Assembly (NCBI GenBank): GCA_904063045.1
Contig: CAJFCJ010000006.1
Span: 3,488,408 to 3,552,407 of the forward strand
Reading direction: 5' to 3'
Source of the DNA: Dimorphilus gyrociliatus
Lineage: Eukaryota > Animalia > Annelida
Length of the DNA: 64,000 nucleotides
Shown here piece by piece: positions 1-16,128 of this stretch (positions within the stretch are counted from its first letter, which is position 1; each line of letters opens with the position of its first letter). Under the pieces are notes generated by a model. The model saw only the letters and a list, made by a program, of their open reading frames with translations. It made no database searches and had not been told where the DNA came from. A program made the translations under genes and the position numbers.

Positions 1-1
1 A

Positions 2-1528
<1,527 letters not shown>

Positions 1529-1859
1529 TTTATTACATAAATTTACTTATTGTACGTATATATACAAAAATATATATATACATACGTAATACATGCACAC
1601 CGTGCTAAGTATCAGTATCTTTAAACGCAGATCCATTGTCAGTTTGAACACCGAAAAGGACAAAAAATTCTTAACATCTCTGTGAGGTAGAAAATTCGAA
1701 ACAAAACTCACAGATTAACAAGACGTTCATAAAATAAAGAAAAAAATATAAATAAAAACAGAGTGCAATTAGCAAAAATTAAGCACAAAAACCTCTATTC
1801 ATTTAAAAAATATGACTCAGACCACGACAAAAATATTACGATTGGTAGAAGAAACAGAA

Positions 1860-3036
1860 TCAAGTATCATTTGATTGACTTTCTGTCGTTTGTTGTTCAC
1901 TTACCGTCATTCGAGTACCGTGCCGTTCCATATGCTTGCTTAAATAGTCTTTTCGGATAAAGCCTTGATTACAAATTGTGCATGTGTATGGTTTCGCCTC
2001 ACTGTGCGTCCACATGTGCTGTTCCATATTGCCTTTTTTACTAAAATTTTTCCCACAAATTTCGCATCTGTATGGCTTCTCGCCTGTCGTAAATAAATCA
2101 TGGTACAATAGAGAACAAGACAGTTATTTGTTAAACCTGTATGAGTTCTTATGTGATTTTCCAAATTATGGCGATCAGTAAAGCTTCGTAAGCATTGGGT
2201 GCAATGGAATTTCCTACTTAAATTCTTGCTAGATGATAGTTTTTCTGCCGAAGGCTGTGACACATTTCCGGTCGCGTTTGAAGTGGTGTGCTGTTGCTGA
2301 GAGGTCTGCGAAAGTTAACAGATGCAAATACGCGTATTTAGAGTGACCTTTTAAGCCCACCTGCTCTGACGATTGGGACGTTGAATGACAGCCATTTTTT
2401 ACAAGGGCTGGTATAGATGGTAGAGTTGTGTTTGTACTTTCAAATGTTCTTCGTACTGTGAATCCAAACAATCAGCAGACGCACAAACATTAATGAAAAA
2501 CAGGTGGCCTTACCTTTGTCCGTTGACGGTGGTAAATTAATACTAACGGTTGCTGCCTCACTAAAAGATGCTAGGTCAGGTCTAGCTGCCCATGTAGCCA
2601 TTGCGCCAAAAGAGGCTAATTGGGACATCGGTTGGTGGGATAAAGTCCAAAATGGATTAGGAACAGTCGGTAGACATGTTCGACTTACTGTGGTTAAGGT
2701 TCCTTCACTAATATCGTCATTTTCTTCCTTCCGGTTTCGATTATGAGTAGGAGATGGTCGTTCTTTTTTCACTGGTGTTGTTTCTGAATCAGAGTCTATT
2801 TTTCTTTTCACTGGTTCTGGTGATATTGCCATTACACCGTCTTCATCGTCTTCTTTAGAACTATCATCTTCTGCAATTGTCTTATTTATGTTTATTAAGA
2901 GAACATCATCATTTTCCAAAGTTATGCCTAAAAGACCTTCAACTGTAAATTTTTGTTGAACTAGACTAGATTTGCACACCATTGTCACAGTATCCTCTAA
3001 AAGAGACTTTAATCTTTGTTTGTCGAGCTGTGACAT
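1860..3036 (-). CDS. C2H2 zinc-finger protein (3 fingers) with an unnamed N-terminal domain, paralog A
   Basis: Exons 3036-2514, 2455-2361, 2305-2137 and 2083-1860 join in frame through GT-AG introns of 53-58 nt. Fingers: CTQC..H..H, CEIC..H..H, CTIC..H..H, with TGEKPY and SEAKPY linkers. Confidence 0.85.
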
Positions 3037-3458
3037 CGTTGAACGCTCCAGTAGAAATCTGATACCTAGAGCGATAATAGGACGAATGAAATTAAACGAG
3101 GTAGAATGAAGAAATCTCTCTTCTTCGGACAGCTGTATTTGTTATTCGAACGAAGTGAACGAGTTCGCAGAAGCTTTATGCTGCCAATCAGACGTACATC
3201 TGTTTCTAAATTATAAATACAGTTGGCACAATCGACGAAAAACTTAGCAGCTGTCGCACACTTTGTTTCTCTACGTTGAATCGAATATCGACAGTAAGCG
3301 CCCTGTTTTTAAGTAGTGTGGTACCGTTTCATGCTCCAAAGTTGCTGGATGCAATATGATTGCTGCAAGATACCATGCATTTCTAACTGGGTATAAAATT
3401 ATTTATATCACGTGCTAGATATACGGTGTACTTGCTAATAACTAAACTTGATCCCGCT

Positions 3459-4126
<668 letters not shown>

Positions 4127-4491
4127 AAAGAGAGAGAGAAGACTTAGACGATTAAAGTGCCCAATTATTTCATAACCTGCTGAAAGAGACTTTAATATTT
4201 ATTTATTATATCAGTAAATCTCTTGCCGCCATGAGTGTTTATCTTTATTATGTTCAATGTACATGTCTGACATAAAAAAGTACGGTATATAATTCCTTTT
4301 ACAGCTGCTAAAAAATTGTACTTTGATCTGGGAAACAGTTGTGAATTCTCAATACTTGATAAGAAAACAATACAGGCAAAATTTATTCAAGAAATATAGC
4401 CTTTTTTTGTATGCACCGAAAAAAAACTAATTACTTTGCACCAAAATAAACAAATAAATAACAAAATAAAAGATCATAGTTTCGTTGTTAA

Positions 4492-5518
4492 CTATTTCAC
4501 CTTTTTAAATCCATGAACATTATTCATATGCTTGGTTAAATGATCCCGTCGTTTACAACCGTAATTACAATGCGAACATTTAAAAGGTTTGGCATCGGAA
4601 TGTGTCAATGTGTGACGAACCAGCATATCTTTTCTACTAAAACTTCGCAGGCATATATCGCATATGTATGGTTTTTGGCCAGTATGAATTTTAAAGTGTA
4701 TATCTAATAGCGAAGCTGTGGCAAACGATTTATGGCAGTTGGAGCATAACCACTCTTCCCTATTGTTATTGTTATTAATTGGTTTATTCTTATCTCTCAT
4801 AATGTCATCAGGCTGAAGTGTCAATAAAAATATATTTACTGTATATAATTTGAATAAATATAAAGTTTTAAACTACCTCTTCCTTTTTTATCTTTTCTAT
4901 CTTTTTTAATATTTGACCTATAGATATTTGACACGATGTATTTATTGACTTAAAATTGACTGTAATTACTTACCGGAAGCTTCTTTTCCGCCTGATAATA
5001 AATCATCAATTAGTCTATCTTCTGTTAAATCGAGTTGAGAATTAACATTTGGCTTAATTATAGCTTTATTATTATTTGAATTTTCTAAATCGTTTCTAGA
5101 GTCTGTTGAAGGGAAAACTGGCGCTAGATATTAAAAAAAAGAATATAACTCTATAACAAAAAGAACAAATTTTTTTTTTTATAAATATACCCCCGCATGC
5201 TTGAACATTCCATGAAGAACATTCCACGTCACTGGAGCTGTCATCTTCTTGGCCAACATTAATTTTCCTTTTTAAACCCTGTTTCCTTTTGTTGGGTATT
5301 GAATAAGAAGAATTTGATGGCGTGCTTGCCGATGAAGTGCACGGAGAGTGTATTTCCAAGTTTTCAGAAATTTTTTCCTTAATATTTATCAATACAACTT
5401 CTCCGCTTTGAAGAGTTACGCCGACTAACGCATCCACTTTAAAATCACCTTCCAGAGTACTTCGACAAGCACATAAAATTGCATTTTCTATAAGTAGTTT
5501 CGTCTTTTCCTTATCCAT
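4492..5518 (-). CDS. C2H2 zinc-finger protein (3 fingers) with an unnamed N-terminal domain, paralog B
   Basis: Exons 5518-5191, 5123-4974, 4917-4877 and 4812-4492 join in frame. Fingers have TGQKPY and SDAKPF linkers. A probable non-coding first exon ends at the donor near 5657. Confidence 0.85.
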
Positions 5519-6183
5519 TGCCGCTGTCTGAAATATGTAGGCGTGCTTAATGTGGGAGTATTGAGTGGGCGTTTATCTAATACTACTTCCAGCTGCAACA
5601 TGTAAATCGCTGGGCGATAATGCGCCTGTTCTCAACCCGCTAGCTTTTTAATCTTACCTTACTAGTGAAATCGGTATCAAAGTAATATGAAAAAGTCCAG
5701 AGATGAGAGTTAAGAAAGGTTTGTTTTGGTTCCCTCTTTTAGATTTTAAGAAATCGCCTTGATGTTCTCTTCGAACGCTGAAATCGATAAAGATCGAGAA
5801 TTTGACTGCCGATACCTGCGTAGATGGCAGCACCGTCGCGATCAAGGAAAGTTTGATAGCCCTGTTACGTCATACTAGCCAGGGGTGTTGCTGCGTCATT
5901 AAGATCTTAAGTTTAATCGTCTGATCATTCTTCTCCAACAATAGATATTCTAATTTCAATGTCTCTGGTTTAATCGACCATAGCACTAATTTGAACCTCT
6001 TTCAAAGAATCAAAAAGAGCCGTATAACAAATTGCCTTTTACTTTTATAACCTTGTGTTTATTTATGTTTAAGCTGATAAATATATATATTCAATATATA
6101 AAAAGATACTTGAACAAAGTTGCCTTAAAAATATCTTTTTTAAACTTTATTTTCCAGCCAAAACGAATCTTACAAAATTTCTT

Positions 6184-8228
6184 TTATTCAAAAATTACTT
6201 CTACATCGAAAAGAACGATGTTCTCCGACATTGATGATCGAAACAATTGGGCATGTTGCCAAGCGTTATCTCCCTGACCCTCGCTTAATAAAGCCGTCAA
6301 GGTCACACGATTCCTTCCCTTCGAGAAATCGTTTACATTGGTATCTTCGACATTAGCTTCAAAATAGAATATATGTTAATAATATTGAATAATTATGCTA
6401 CCTGTTTGATATTACTTCTAATTCTTTGTATATCTTCATCTGATTTGACACTCCAGGTAACTTCTCCGTCAGAAAATGTTTTATGTATAAGCTTCACATT
6501 AAATTCTTTAATCTTTCCTCTTACATCTCTGAGATCAAACTTCCAAGATATTTTACCGAAATCATAACCAGGAACTCTCGCCAAATAAACCATTTTCCAG
6601 TCGTGCTCCTCCTTTCTAAATATATCTATACACTCAAAGAGCATTTCACGCCATCCGGAGACGGTGGAATTATCCGATAATCTCCTGTATTCATCTTTTG
6701 AGGGACAATATTGAAGATGAATACGCTTGGATTTTGCTTCCTTTTCTGTGGGTTTTATAACGTACGGTCTAAATCTTTTCCCCGTTTCTCCTCTGGATAA
6801 ACGCCATGCTAAAGAACCAGAAGTTCTTCCTTGACCCTCTGAATCTAACGTAGCTTTTTCAATCATCAACTCAAAAAGTTCTTTACAAATTCTTCTTTGA
6901 AGCACTAGCTTTCTCCCAGGAGTGAGTAGTAACGTTCTCCATCGATTAATTCTTATATTATGTATGGTTTTAGCTAGCCATTCTTCTCTCACCTACGTTA
7001 ATTGATTCCAAATTAAGTGATATAATTTGAGGAAATTGGCTGTAATTGACTTTTATACCTGAGTACGTCTCGCTAATACTGCCTGATGATTATTTGAATA
7101 TCTCCAGGTAACATCTTGGAGATCGTCATGGGAAAATCCAAAAACGTACATTTGCTCTTTATCCCATCCTTTTTCGTAGGTTAAAGGTAGATCAAAGGCA
7201 TTTTCACACGGGTCTACATGAATATAGCGATCTTGCGCAATTGAAAAGAACTCACACCATACATGATCCTAGAATAAATATAGAGAATGTTAAGAAAAAT
7301 CTTTGAAAAATGACTATATTACTTGATTATCTGTTATGAAACGAGCTTCAAATCCTAAAGTTCTGAGAAATAAATAGAAACAGTTAGCCCACTCTCCACA
7401 TCGACCTCGTCTACTTTCGAGTAACTTTTCAGGATCATTGTAACGGGGAAATCGGGTACCGTGGCCACATTTTTTACAAGTGTGAATTTCAACTCGCTGG
7501 GCCATGTATTTACTCTCTTCCGGGGTTGGAACTCCAGCTTTGCCACCAACCGATTCGCCCCCGCATATCTCACAAGGTAAAGTGTCAACCCACTTAAAGA
7601 AACTAGTTTTAAACCAAGTCAGCAAGAAAATAATGATAACGTCTCGAAATTCAGGATTCGAGAACAGAGGTGGTCCAGGAAAATTCTTACTGGCGTCTTC
7701 AATTAGAGTTTCCATGGGTAAAACGGATCTAGCTCTGTCCTGTTTATGGACTTGTTCAAATATTGTCATACGTTCCAAGTTCCGTGTTAATTCCAAATAC
7801 ATTTGACTTTCATTTTGCTAAATTATTAATAAATATAGTAATAAAGGCTTAAGTTATACTTATTAATATTATAAAACTATTATGACTCTTACAATTAGAG
7901 TAGTTTGATTTACACTAGCAGATATTCTTAAACGGGCATTTTGCAGATTAATTATCATTCTGTTTAATGCTACTAAATTGCCATTTTGAGGGAAAATGTA
8001 ACCTTCTTCTGTTTCTGTGAAACCCATATCAAATAGACATTTTTTAGCCCCTGGAACATTTATCACTTTTTCTTTGATAATTTTATTCCCAGAGCGAATT
8101 TTTCGATATTTTTCGTCCTGTGGATGTTTGATAATATTGTATCCTATTTGTAAAAGAATATCAACAGTTTCTAAGGACACATTTCTGGGATTAGATATAA
8201 GCTGTCTAATTGATTCTTCCATTTTCAC
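6184..8228 (-). CDS. NGLY1: Peptide-N(4)-(N-acetyl-beta-glucosaminyl)asparagine amidase (PNGase)
   Basis: N-terminal PUB domain ([15 protein letters not shown]), transglutaminase core with RCGEWANC and DHVWCE, zinc CxxC pairs, and a C-terminal PAW domain ending [13 protein letters not shown]...FE* at 6184. Confidence 0.95.
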
Positions 8229-9217
8229 CCTTATAAGTAGTTAACAATTCTTCAAGCGTGGCTAAAAGAATAAAAGTTTATACAAATTTTGAACAAATGC
8301 AAGACCGATAATGTCTTTCACATTTTATAATTATGAAAATGTATGTTATAAGATAGAAATATTTACTTTAAAGCACAAAATGAACAGGAATACTGAGAGT
8401 ATGCAATTCTTGATATGAATACGAAAATGTTGAATAGTTACCAGTTTATATAGTTACAAAACAGATGTTTCCGGTTTGCTGACGATGAAAGCTCAGGTAC
8501 CGTATTTTTCTTAATAAAAGCTTTATTCTAGCGATCGAGTATTCATCACAAATAAATATATATTTTATTAATGACCTAATTTCTAAATTTGAAAAAATCA
8601 TTATAAATTAATATATGCAAACGTTATTCCTGATATATTAAGATAAATTATAATAATATAATTCAACTTAACCTATCACAAACACAAATGATTGGGCTTG
8701 AAACATAAACTAAATTATTCCATTAAAAAAATGGCAATAGTTACTTAAAAGAATATTTATAAATAAACTATCAAGAAGATAGTTATTATCTCTTTTCAAT
8801 AACAATGTAAACTAAACGTTTATTTGGAAGGAAAAGAATGGAAGAAAAGGATTTTTACCTTTCTCCATTAATCTTAACTTTCATTAAAACTTATAGTAAA
8901 TGAAATATTTAAAACATCAGAAAATGTTAAGGGAAAAGAATAATTATAAACATGGCGCCTGCTATAATGTTTATCTCGCAAGAACAACCATTATTGACAA
9001 TTACCTTTAACATAGAACAAATGTTACTATCCCATAAACTGAGGAGAATAAATCAAAAGAGATGTTTCTATAAAATTCGTCAATATTTTTTATTTACATA
9101 TAGCAATGTTAATGTATATAAACATTAAATATAAATGTTGTTTTCTTTCTATATTAGAATGTGAGTGATACATTCTTCTTATTCTGTTCTTGTTTCAGAC
9201 GAAAGACTAAGGAGAGA

Positions 9218-11698
9218 ATGACTTCAAAATACAATTCTAAAGATCGGCCAGCAATTTTTTACCGCCAAGTTGTTATAAATCTGTTTAACTTTTCGCTGGC
9301 CTCATCTAAATTTTGCCTTCTTCCATTCCTTACTTTATACTTGAAATTTTTAGGACTAGAACCATTACACGTTGGTTTGATATTTGCTGTTTATTCTTTC
9401 TTACCTATAATTGGAAAATGGACTTGTTCTAAATGCGCTACCTCTTGCGGTTTTCGACGTGCTGCATTGATGCTATCCCTTTTCTTTACCATTTTGGGCT
9501 ATGTAGTTATTATGTTTATACCGCCGAAAACGTCTGCCTATGATAAGAATTTCTTATGCATTCCAAAAAACGATAGTGATAAACAGTTTCCTCCATCTGT
9601 ACCATCGACAACTACCGAATTCGTAACAAAATTTAATTTGGTAACTGAAAGGAAAACTGAGTTGCCAACAGAATTCAGGTTATTGAATTTCTATTGAAGA
9701 TTTTATTAGTAATCTATAAGTTTAAACTATAAAATAACGTGTTTTTTACTTTTTTTTATAGGGAATTAACAAAGGCTATTACGGAAAAAATTACAACTAG
9801 AAATGTTGTGTCAAATTCACCGATTTCCTCTTTTGATTTATTATCGGAAAGAGATAAGAATTTACTAGCATCGCGCACCGATGTCAATAAACTAAGATTA
9901 TTGACAAGAGAACAATTAACGATGGTCCTTGCTAAGATAAAAGAGAAATCTCGAAGGGTGAGTCGTTCACCGACAACACCCGCTACTGATTTTTTATCGC
10001 GAACGCTTAACAAAATGACGTCGGGAGTGCATAGCGTCGCTGATAAGTTGTATTTTTTGGAATTATTAATTATTAATAATAATTAGAATTTTCATTTTTA
10101 CAGATTGAAAAATGTGGAAAATAAAACGTTGCTTTTCGTTCTTTTAACAATATCTGGAATTAGCTTATTTGGTTCGGCTGTTGAACCTGTTGCAGACGAT
10201 ATATGGCACGATTTTCTCGATAGATTTGATAGATTGGATAAATATGGTAGCCATTCTACTTGGTATGATTTTGGAACAATTTGGACACCGGTTACAATAG
10301 CCGCAGCTGTCGAATTTGGAAATTGTGAAAGAATTATGCATTTACCAACTGTCTATCTTTTCTTCCTATCATTCGCCTGTTTAATGGGATTTTGTCTTAT
10401 CCTATCCATATTCTTCCCTAATAAAACTGCTCATAGAAAGCGTAAATTTCTTTTTGGTTTAAGGACAACGTTTGGAGATGTTAGATCAATTTTTCTAACA
10501 ATAACTGCAATGGCGTGTGGTTTTGCAACATCAACTGTTGAAATATTTCTATTTTGGAAAATGTTTAAGGATGGTAATTGGTTAAGTTTAGGAATAGTCG
10601 TGTCAGCTTCCAGAGTCGGTATGTTATACAGTTATCTATTTTTAACTATTTAAACATTTACAATCTTTATTTTTAACTTGAAGAAATTTACTTAGCCTTT
10701 AATGAAAAGATATATAAGAAAATATACTATATATATACTGTATTTATCTGTTAAAATAATATGTATACTTTCTTATTGATCCAAATAACAAAACTCTCTT
10801 TTTCTATACTTTATATAAATAGAAAGAAAATATTAAAAGAAGGAGAGGAAAGTGAAATAGAATTAATGATTTAATTAGATAGAAATGTAAAAAAAATGAC
10901 TTATAAATATTTTCCGTATTACCCAGGATACAACAGACTACGTTTAATAATGTTAATCAATAACACTTTTAAATGCTTTAATGCCACTTTTTAAATAACG
11001 GCAGAAACAATAAATAACTTGAATAATAGTCTTTTCTGTTTTTGAATAGGTCAAGTTGTATCGTCGACTATCGTTGGTAGGGCGTTGAAAAATCTAATTT
11101 TCTTTGAAACTTGCCTTGGTTTATTCTTTATATCTGCTGGTCTAGTTTGGTGTAGTTTAGTTGAAAAGGCAGGTGGGTTATGGTTAACTCCAGCTTGTGT
11201 TGGTGTAATGGGTTTCGGAAAAGGATTCATTTTAAGCGCTAGACACTGGCATCCAGAATTTAGGATTAACTCAATTATAGTTAATCGTAGAGCTCAATCG
11301 GTTGTCAACCATTTTGAAAATCATATTGGATTCGGTATTGGTGCTTTAATATCTGGCCCAATTTACTCCAAATGGGGTGTTGAAGTCCTAATGCAAATTG
11401 GAGCAATTCTTCTAGGCCTATTCCTCATTGCCAATATTCTGGTTGCTAAATGTTCACCGCCAAGGCCAACTGTTAAGTTAGTAACAATAAGATAATCATT
11501 AATTACTTTAAAAATAGACTATTCTCTTCAAAAACAAATCATAAATTAAGACAAAATCAATAACTGTCTTACAGATATTCGAAATTATTACCGGACGTTG
11601 AATTGGATGACGACGAGGAAGACAGCGATAAGGAAGAGGATGATTGGTTAGAACACGCATTGATAAGGGATAAAATGGGCACTAAGATTATAAAATAA
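9218..11698 (+). CDS. MFSD6/MFSD6L-like major facilitator transporter
   Basis: Multi-exon. N-terminal LPFLTLYLKFLGL motif of the MFS_1_like family, multiple transmembrane helices, acidic C-terminus EDDWLEHAL. Confidence 0.8.
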
Positions 11699-12060
11699 AT
11701 AGCCAAAGAAAAACAATTCTTTTCTAAAATTTGTCATTTAATGTATAAATTTTTGTTTTTTTTTTTACAATTTCCATTTTTTATTGGGTTCTGGGAAAAT
11801 TTTTCGTTCTTGTCTTCCAAAGGTAAACCTTTCACCGTAAATTTTTTTAGTTTAAACTTTAAAGACAGCTCAAATTACAAAACTTTTAAAGTTTTCCTTG
11901 CTTTAAAGCTATGCAAAAATTAAGATATTGAGAGAGGGAGGGAGGGAATGTGGAATGCGGAATGTACAAGAACAAGAGACTGATTAATCATGCATTTTAA
12001 AAAATTTATATTATCTCTCTAATTTTCTCTTTTTCCCTCTCTCTCTTTTTTATCTATCGC

Positions 12061-12130
<70 letters not shown>
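12061..12130. repeat. Compound microsatellite (TCTG)n/(TCTA)n/(TC)n
   Basis: Direct reading of tandem units. Confidence 0.95.
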
Positions 12131-13513
12131 ACACTCGCTCGTTCATTTACATATAGACTTTTTTATGATGGTTTCTGCTTTTTTATGTATTCTAACTCTG
12201 GAACATGTTTTAATAGATAATTTTAAATAATTGCTTTTACGCTAATTATACATATATTTTATATACACAATATACTATATATACAGTATATATACGTTTA
12301 TTAAAGATAATATTTCTATACAGTAGAGTCATGAGGAAGATTTAGATTAGTATTGGCCTATTAACCCACTAAATATACTTAATATCATTGTTAGGTTATT
12401 TAAAGTACTTATTAGCCTTAATTTATAAATTTTAAAGAAAAGGAAATAAGGGAAAATATATTAAGCGTAAAATATGAGATTAGAGAAAAAATTAACCTTA
12501 TTATTCATTTCTATTCAGAAAAAAGAGTATTTTTAAATTTTTCTCATTATTAATGATTAATCTATGTATTAGGAAAATACCTTAATCTTTGAGATTATCT
12601 AAATCGATAAATTTATAGTATAGAGTAGTTAATTGACAGTTTATTCACAAAATTTTTATAAGAGAAAAGAAGAGAAATATCTGATTAAAGATTATACAAT
12701 ACAATGAAAAGTTTCAATTATCTAACGTTTCCTTTAAGATTTATTCAAGATAAACAAAATATCGGAACGTCGTAATACATTGATAAATCCAACATATACT
12801 GTATATATATATATATTATACTGTATTCATACTTGAATATGAAATATACATATTCATTATCTATGTTATTCTTATTTTGTATGCTTTCTTTGTATGTTTC
12901 CTCTTCTTCAGTTCCATTGTTTAAAATGAAATATGATATATATATTTTAATTAAAGCTATGAATATTTATGAGGATGTGTTTATTTCTTTATTACTACTA
13001 TTCATATTCAATACAAGTTCAATAATAAATTTATACATTCAAGCTCTGTTGTTGTTTTATTTGTTTTGTTCTTCCCGCTAAAAACGCAATGAAAAAGGCA
13101 TGAAAGAATGGATAAAAAAGTTGTAATTAACATTTGATGCTAATGATTATCTGGGTCAATAATTTTAATTAAATTTGATTTATTTTAGTTAGAATTGTTA
13201 AGAGAAAAAAAAGAAGAGAGAAGAGAAATGAGAAAAGAAAATGAAAAGGGAAATTAAAGTCTTAAGCATTACTTGAAAGGGAGTGGATTCGTTTATATAA
13301 GTATCGCTAGAATTAATCTGTTTTTGGCTTTCGTTCAAATAAGAGACGAATGCATATTTAATCGGTACATATAGGCCTTTGTCAAGTGGGAGCTTGCTAT
13401 TAAAATCCAATATACGATTGACGAATATATCGCAATTACATAAAAAAGTCTTTTTCTTTTTCTTCTCTTTGAAACGACCCTGGACGTAAAAAAATGCAGA
13501 CAAATATTCCTTT

Positions 13514-14563
13514 TCACTTTTCTTCCCTGCTTCTTCTATCCCTTCGATTTTTAACCTTACTCCTTCTATGATAGGCGGGAGTGTCTTTTTCTTTAGTCTC
13601 ATCTACTTCGTTAACATCCGGTACATTCTTTGCTGGAGGTCTAAAAGTGTTGTAAGATTGTTCAGTCAATAAGTTCATCATATCAAATATTACTCTGTCG
13701 TTTTTTCTTATCGAAGGCAAGGTGATATTGGCTTTTTTACGCTTCGGTGCCTCAAGTTCCCTGCTCGTCGATTTCGGTCGTTCGATAAGGAAGCCTTCCA
13801 GTGTTTTTCTCTCCCTTTTAGACGGTACTATTCGTACATTATTTATATTGAATTCAGCTTTAACGAGTGCTGGCAGACGACCGAATGTTTTCAGCTCGAT
13901 AATCTTTTGTTTCCTCTCCTTGTTCATCTTTTCTATTTGAATTCTTTTAGTTGTTATACTCTCGTCTGCATTTTGCCTTGTAATTTGGTCTTTTTCTATG
14001 AGAATATCTGTGCATTTATTGTGTCCAGCTCTACTGGCCAAAGTATACGGTGTATAACCATTGGAATCTTCAAAATCCGCATTCAATCCATACTTTTGGA
14101 GGGCACAGGCAACAGCCTCAGTTAACTCGACGTCTCCCCTTTCGCATGCGTAATGAAGAGGGCTTCTACCATTCTGGTCCCTTAAAGTTAGTTTAGTATC
14201 AGCACCAATTTCTTTAAGCAGGAGGAGAGCTTCAGTTCTGCGTCCAAGCGCACAAGCCCACGTCATAACATCTCTTCCGCTTTCTTCCTCAATATCGTTA
14301 TAATTCCTAAATTTTGGTAAAAGTATACGAAACATCTTTAAACGTCTCTGACCATCTTCAATTCTGAGGGCGGCAATTAAAGAGTCTCTTGTCGGTGCTA
14401 ATCCATTCCTAGCAAGGAATTTTACCTGCTTAAATCGACAAGATTTCACAGCATCCAACATTAAAGTTCCACTCGTCATAATTTTCCTATTGAACTGTGC
14501 ACTGGTAGTATTCCCTAATTCTTTCACTCTCTTTCTTTTTTCTGTCACAATTATGTCTCTCAC
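13514..14563 (-). CDS. Ankyrin-repeat protein, ANKRD34/ANKRD63-like, intronless
   Basis: 349-aa ORF with ankyrin motifs GRDVMTWAC, GRSPLHYAC and GYTPYTLAS, followed by a basic low-complexity tail. Confidence 0.8.
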   Translation of the reverse strand: MRDIIVTEKRKRVKELGNTTSAQFNRKIMTSGTLMLDAVKSCRFKQVKFLARNGLAPTRDSLIAALRIEDGQRRLKMFRILLPKFRNYNDIEEESGRDVMTWACALGRRTEALLLLKEIGADTKLTLRDQNGRSPLHYACERGDVELTEAVACALQKYGLNADFEDSNGYTPYTLASRAGHNKCTDILIEKDQITRQNADESITTKRIQIEKMNKERKQKIIELKTFGRLPALVKAEFNINNVRIVPSKRERKTLEGFLIERPKSTSRELEAPKRKKANITLPSIRKNDRVIFDMMNLLTEQSYNTFRPPAKNVPDVNEVDETKEKDTPAYHRRSKVKNRRDRRSREEK

Positions 14564-14843
14564 TCTTTAAATCTTTTCTTGTGATAAACTATTAAAGTTC
14601 TTTTAGACCCATGAATTTATATAATAAATAAATAAATATATATACATATATGTTTAAGTATTCGTCTCTTTTTACGTTCAATATCCGATCAATTCGCTTG
14701 CTGTCTCTCAACTGCACAAACCCACGTTTTATATAGTTTGCTTACCTAGGTGATTTATGCATTATTCAACCGGCTTTCCATTCTGTAACTGTCACGTAAT
14801 CGCAAGTAATTAGCTTTAAATTGTATTTTAAATAGAAATACGC

Positions 14844-15812
14844 TTACAACAATTGTTTATTTTTATTATAGACAGTTAGTAGTAAATCATCAACAAATTC
14901 CGACCTTGACTTGAACTTTTCCCAACTCTTTTCTAGCATTGAAATATTTTTTGACAACAAAACATTACGAAATCTATCTGCGTCTTGTATAGACAACAAG
15001 CGACATTTTTCAACATTACATAGATCGTTATAGTCTTTCAATTTTGGTAACAGTTTTACACCTAAATAGTTTTCTATTGTTTTATAGTTGACGCTAAAAG
15101 TTCTTAAAGGGATAGTATTATTAACAGATTCATTGGGAATGACGAAAGAACCGGTTATTGTTTGTTCATGTGGTTGTTTAATAACTATTATTTTATATAA
15201 ATGAGTCGGAACAGCCACGAAATTTTTACCAATCACTTTAAAATTAACAGTAAATTGGGAATTTTTCATTTCCGGTAGAAATAGAGGTCCAGAGAAGACT
15301 GAAATTTCGTTGTATTTTTCAACTAATAGCCTAACGTAAAATTCAATTTGAGACCAATAAATTTGATTATTTTCCCGATTCTGAGGTACAATATTTGTTA
15401 AGAGAAACGTCTCATCCATAGCCTTTTGATCATGCTTATGATTTGCAGCAGACGCTAAATGACCTCTTGTATAATCGCTATGTCCGTAGTCAAAATTCTG
15501 GGAGATAAACGGTTGAACGTCGTTATCACTCTTAAAAATTTTCTTCTTCTTTGCTGAACCACGGTAGTTTTTAACAGTTAATTTTTCAAAAACCCATTGG
15601 GGAACTCTTAACGCTGTGTTGTAACTAGTAAAATAGGATCGTCTTACTAAAAATTCGCCAGGTTTTTGCGGCCTTCCGAATGGAAATGGATCATTAATCG
15701 AGTATTTATCCAAATTTTTAGTGCAAACTTGAATACTAGACACAGTTAAGCAGTAATTTCGCGTTTCCCAGAAACTGAGTATCCCTAAGAGTATTGATAA
15801 TGTTTCAGTCAT
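14844..15812 (-). CDS. EXOG: Mitochondrial endo/exonuclease G-like nuclease, intronless
   Basis: YTRGHLASAANH active-site motif, ETFLLTNIVPQ, VAVPTHLYKII, plus the extra C-terminal helical domain that distinguishes EXOG from EndoG. Confidence 0.85.
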   Translation of the reverse strand: MTETLSILLGILSFWETRNYCLTVSSIQVCTKNLDKYSINDPFPFGRPQKPGEFLVRRSYFTSYNTALRVPQWVFEKLTVKNYRGSAKKKKIFKSDNDVQPFISQNFDYGHSDYTRGHLASAANHKHDQKAMDETFLLTNIVPQNRENNQIYWSQIEFYVRLLVEKYNEISVFSGPLFLPEMKNSQFTVNFKVIGKNFVAVPTHLYKIIVIKQPHEQTITGSFVIPNESVNNTIPLRTFSVNYKTIENYLGVKLLPKLKDYNDLCNVEKCRLLSIQDADRFRNVLLSKNISMLEKSWEKFKSRSEFVDDLLLTVYNKNKQLL

Positions 15813-16128
15813 CTTCTCTAATCTTTATGTTATCCAGTCTGCAACTGCTTGCTTTTGTTACATATACAGTATATATATATATGTTGGTATATCCGCATTT
15901 CCTCAAAACCTTTTAACTAGTTTCTTTCTTAATCGAAACAGTACGACGAAAAAACCTTTTGATAAGCCTACAAGTACTTTGAATTCTCGGTCTATAAGCG
16001 CTGGCCTAACAAGACAGAATACAATTTTTTTGTTTTATATAGGCTTATACTCTGTACACTGCATAATTTTGAAATATTAACATGTTTTTTTATTAATTTA
16101 CAAGAAAATGTAGTTTGTTATTAAACTG

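Noticed and set aside
5654-5845. 63-aa minus-strand ORF upstream of zinc-finger gene B
   Set aside because: Spliced to the next exon it is out of frame, and the in-frame reading has a stop and no ATG. It is best read as a 5' UTR exon.
13198-13602. 134-aa minus-strand ORF
   Set aside because: It overlaps the ankyrin gene end and 3' UTR in another frame, is low-complexity, and has no recognisable motif.
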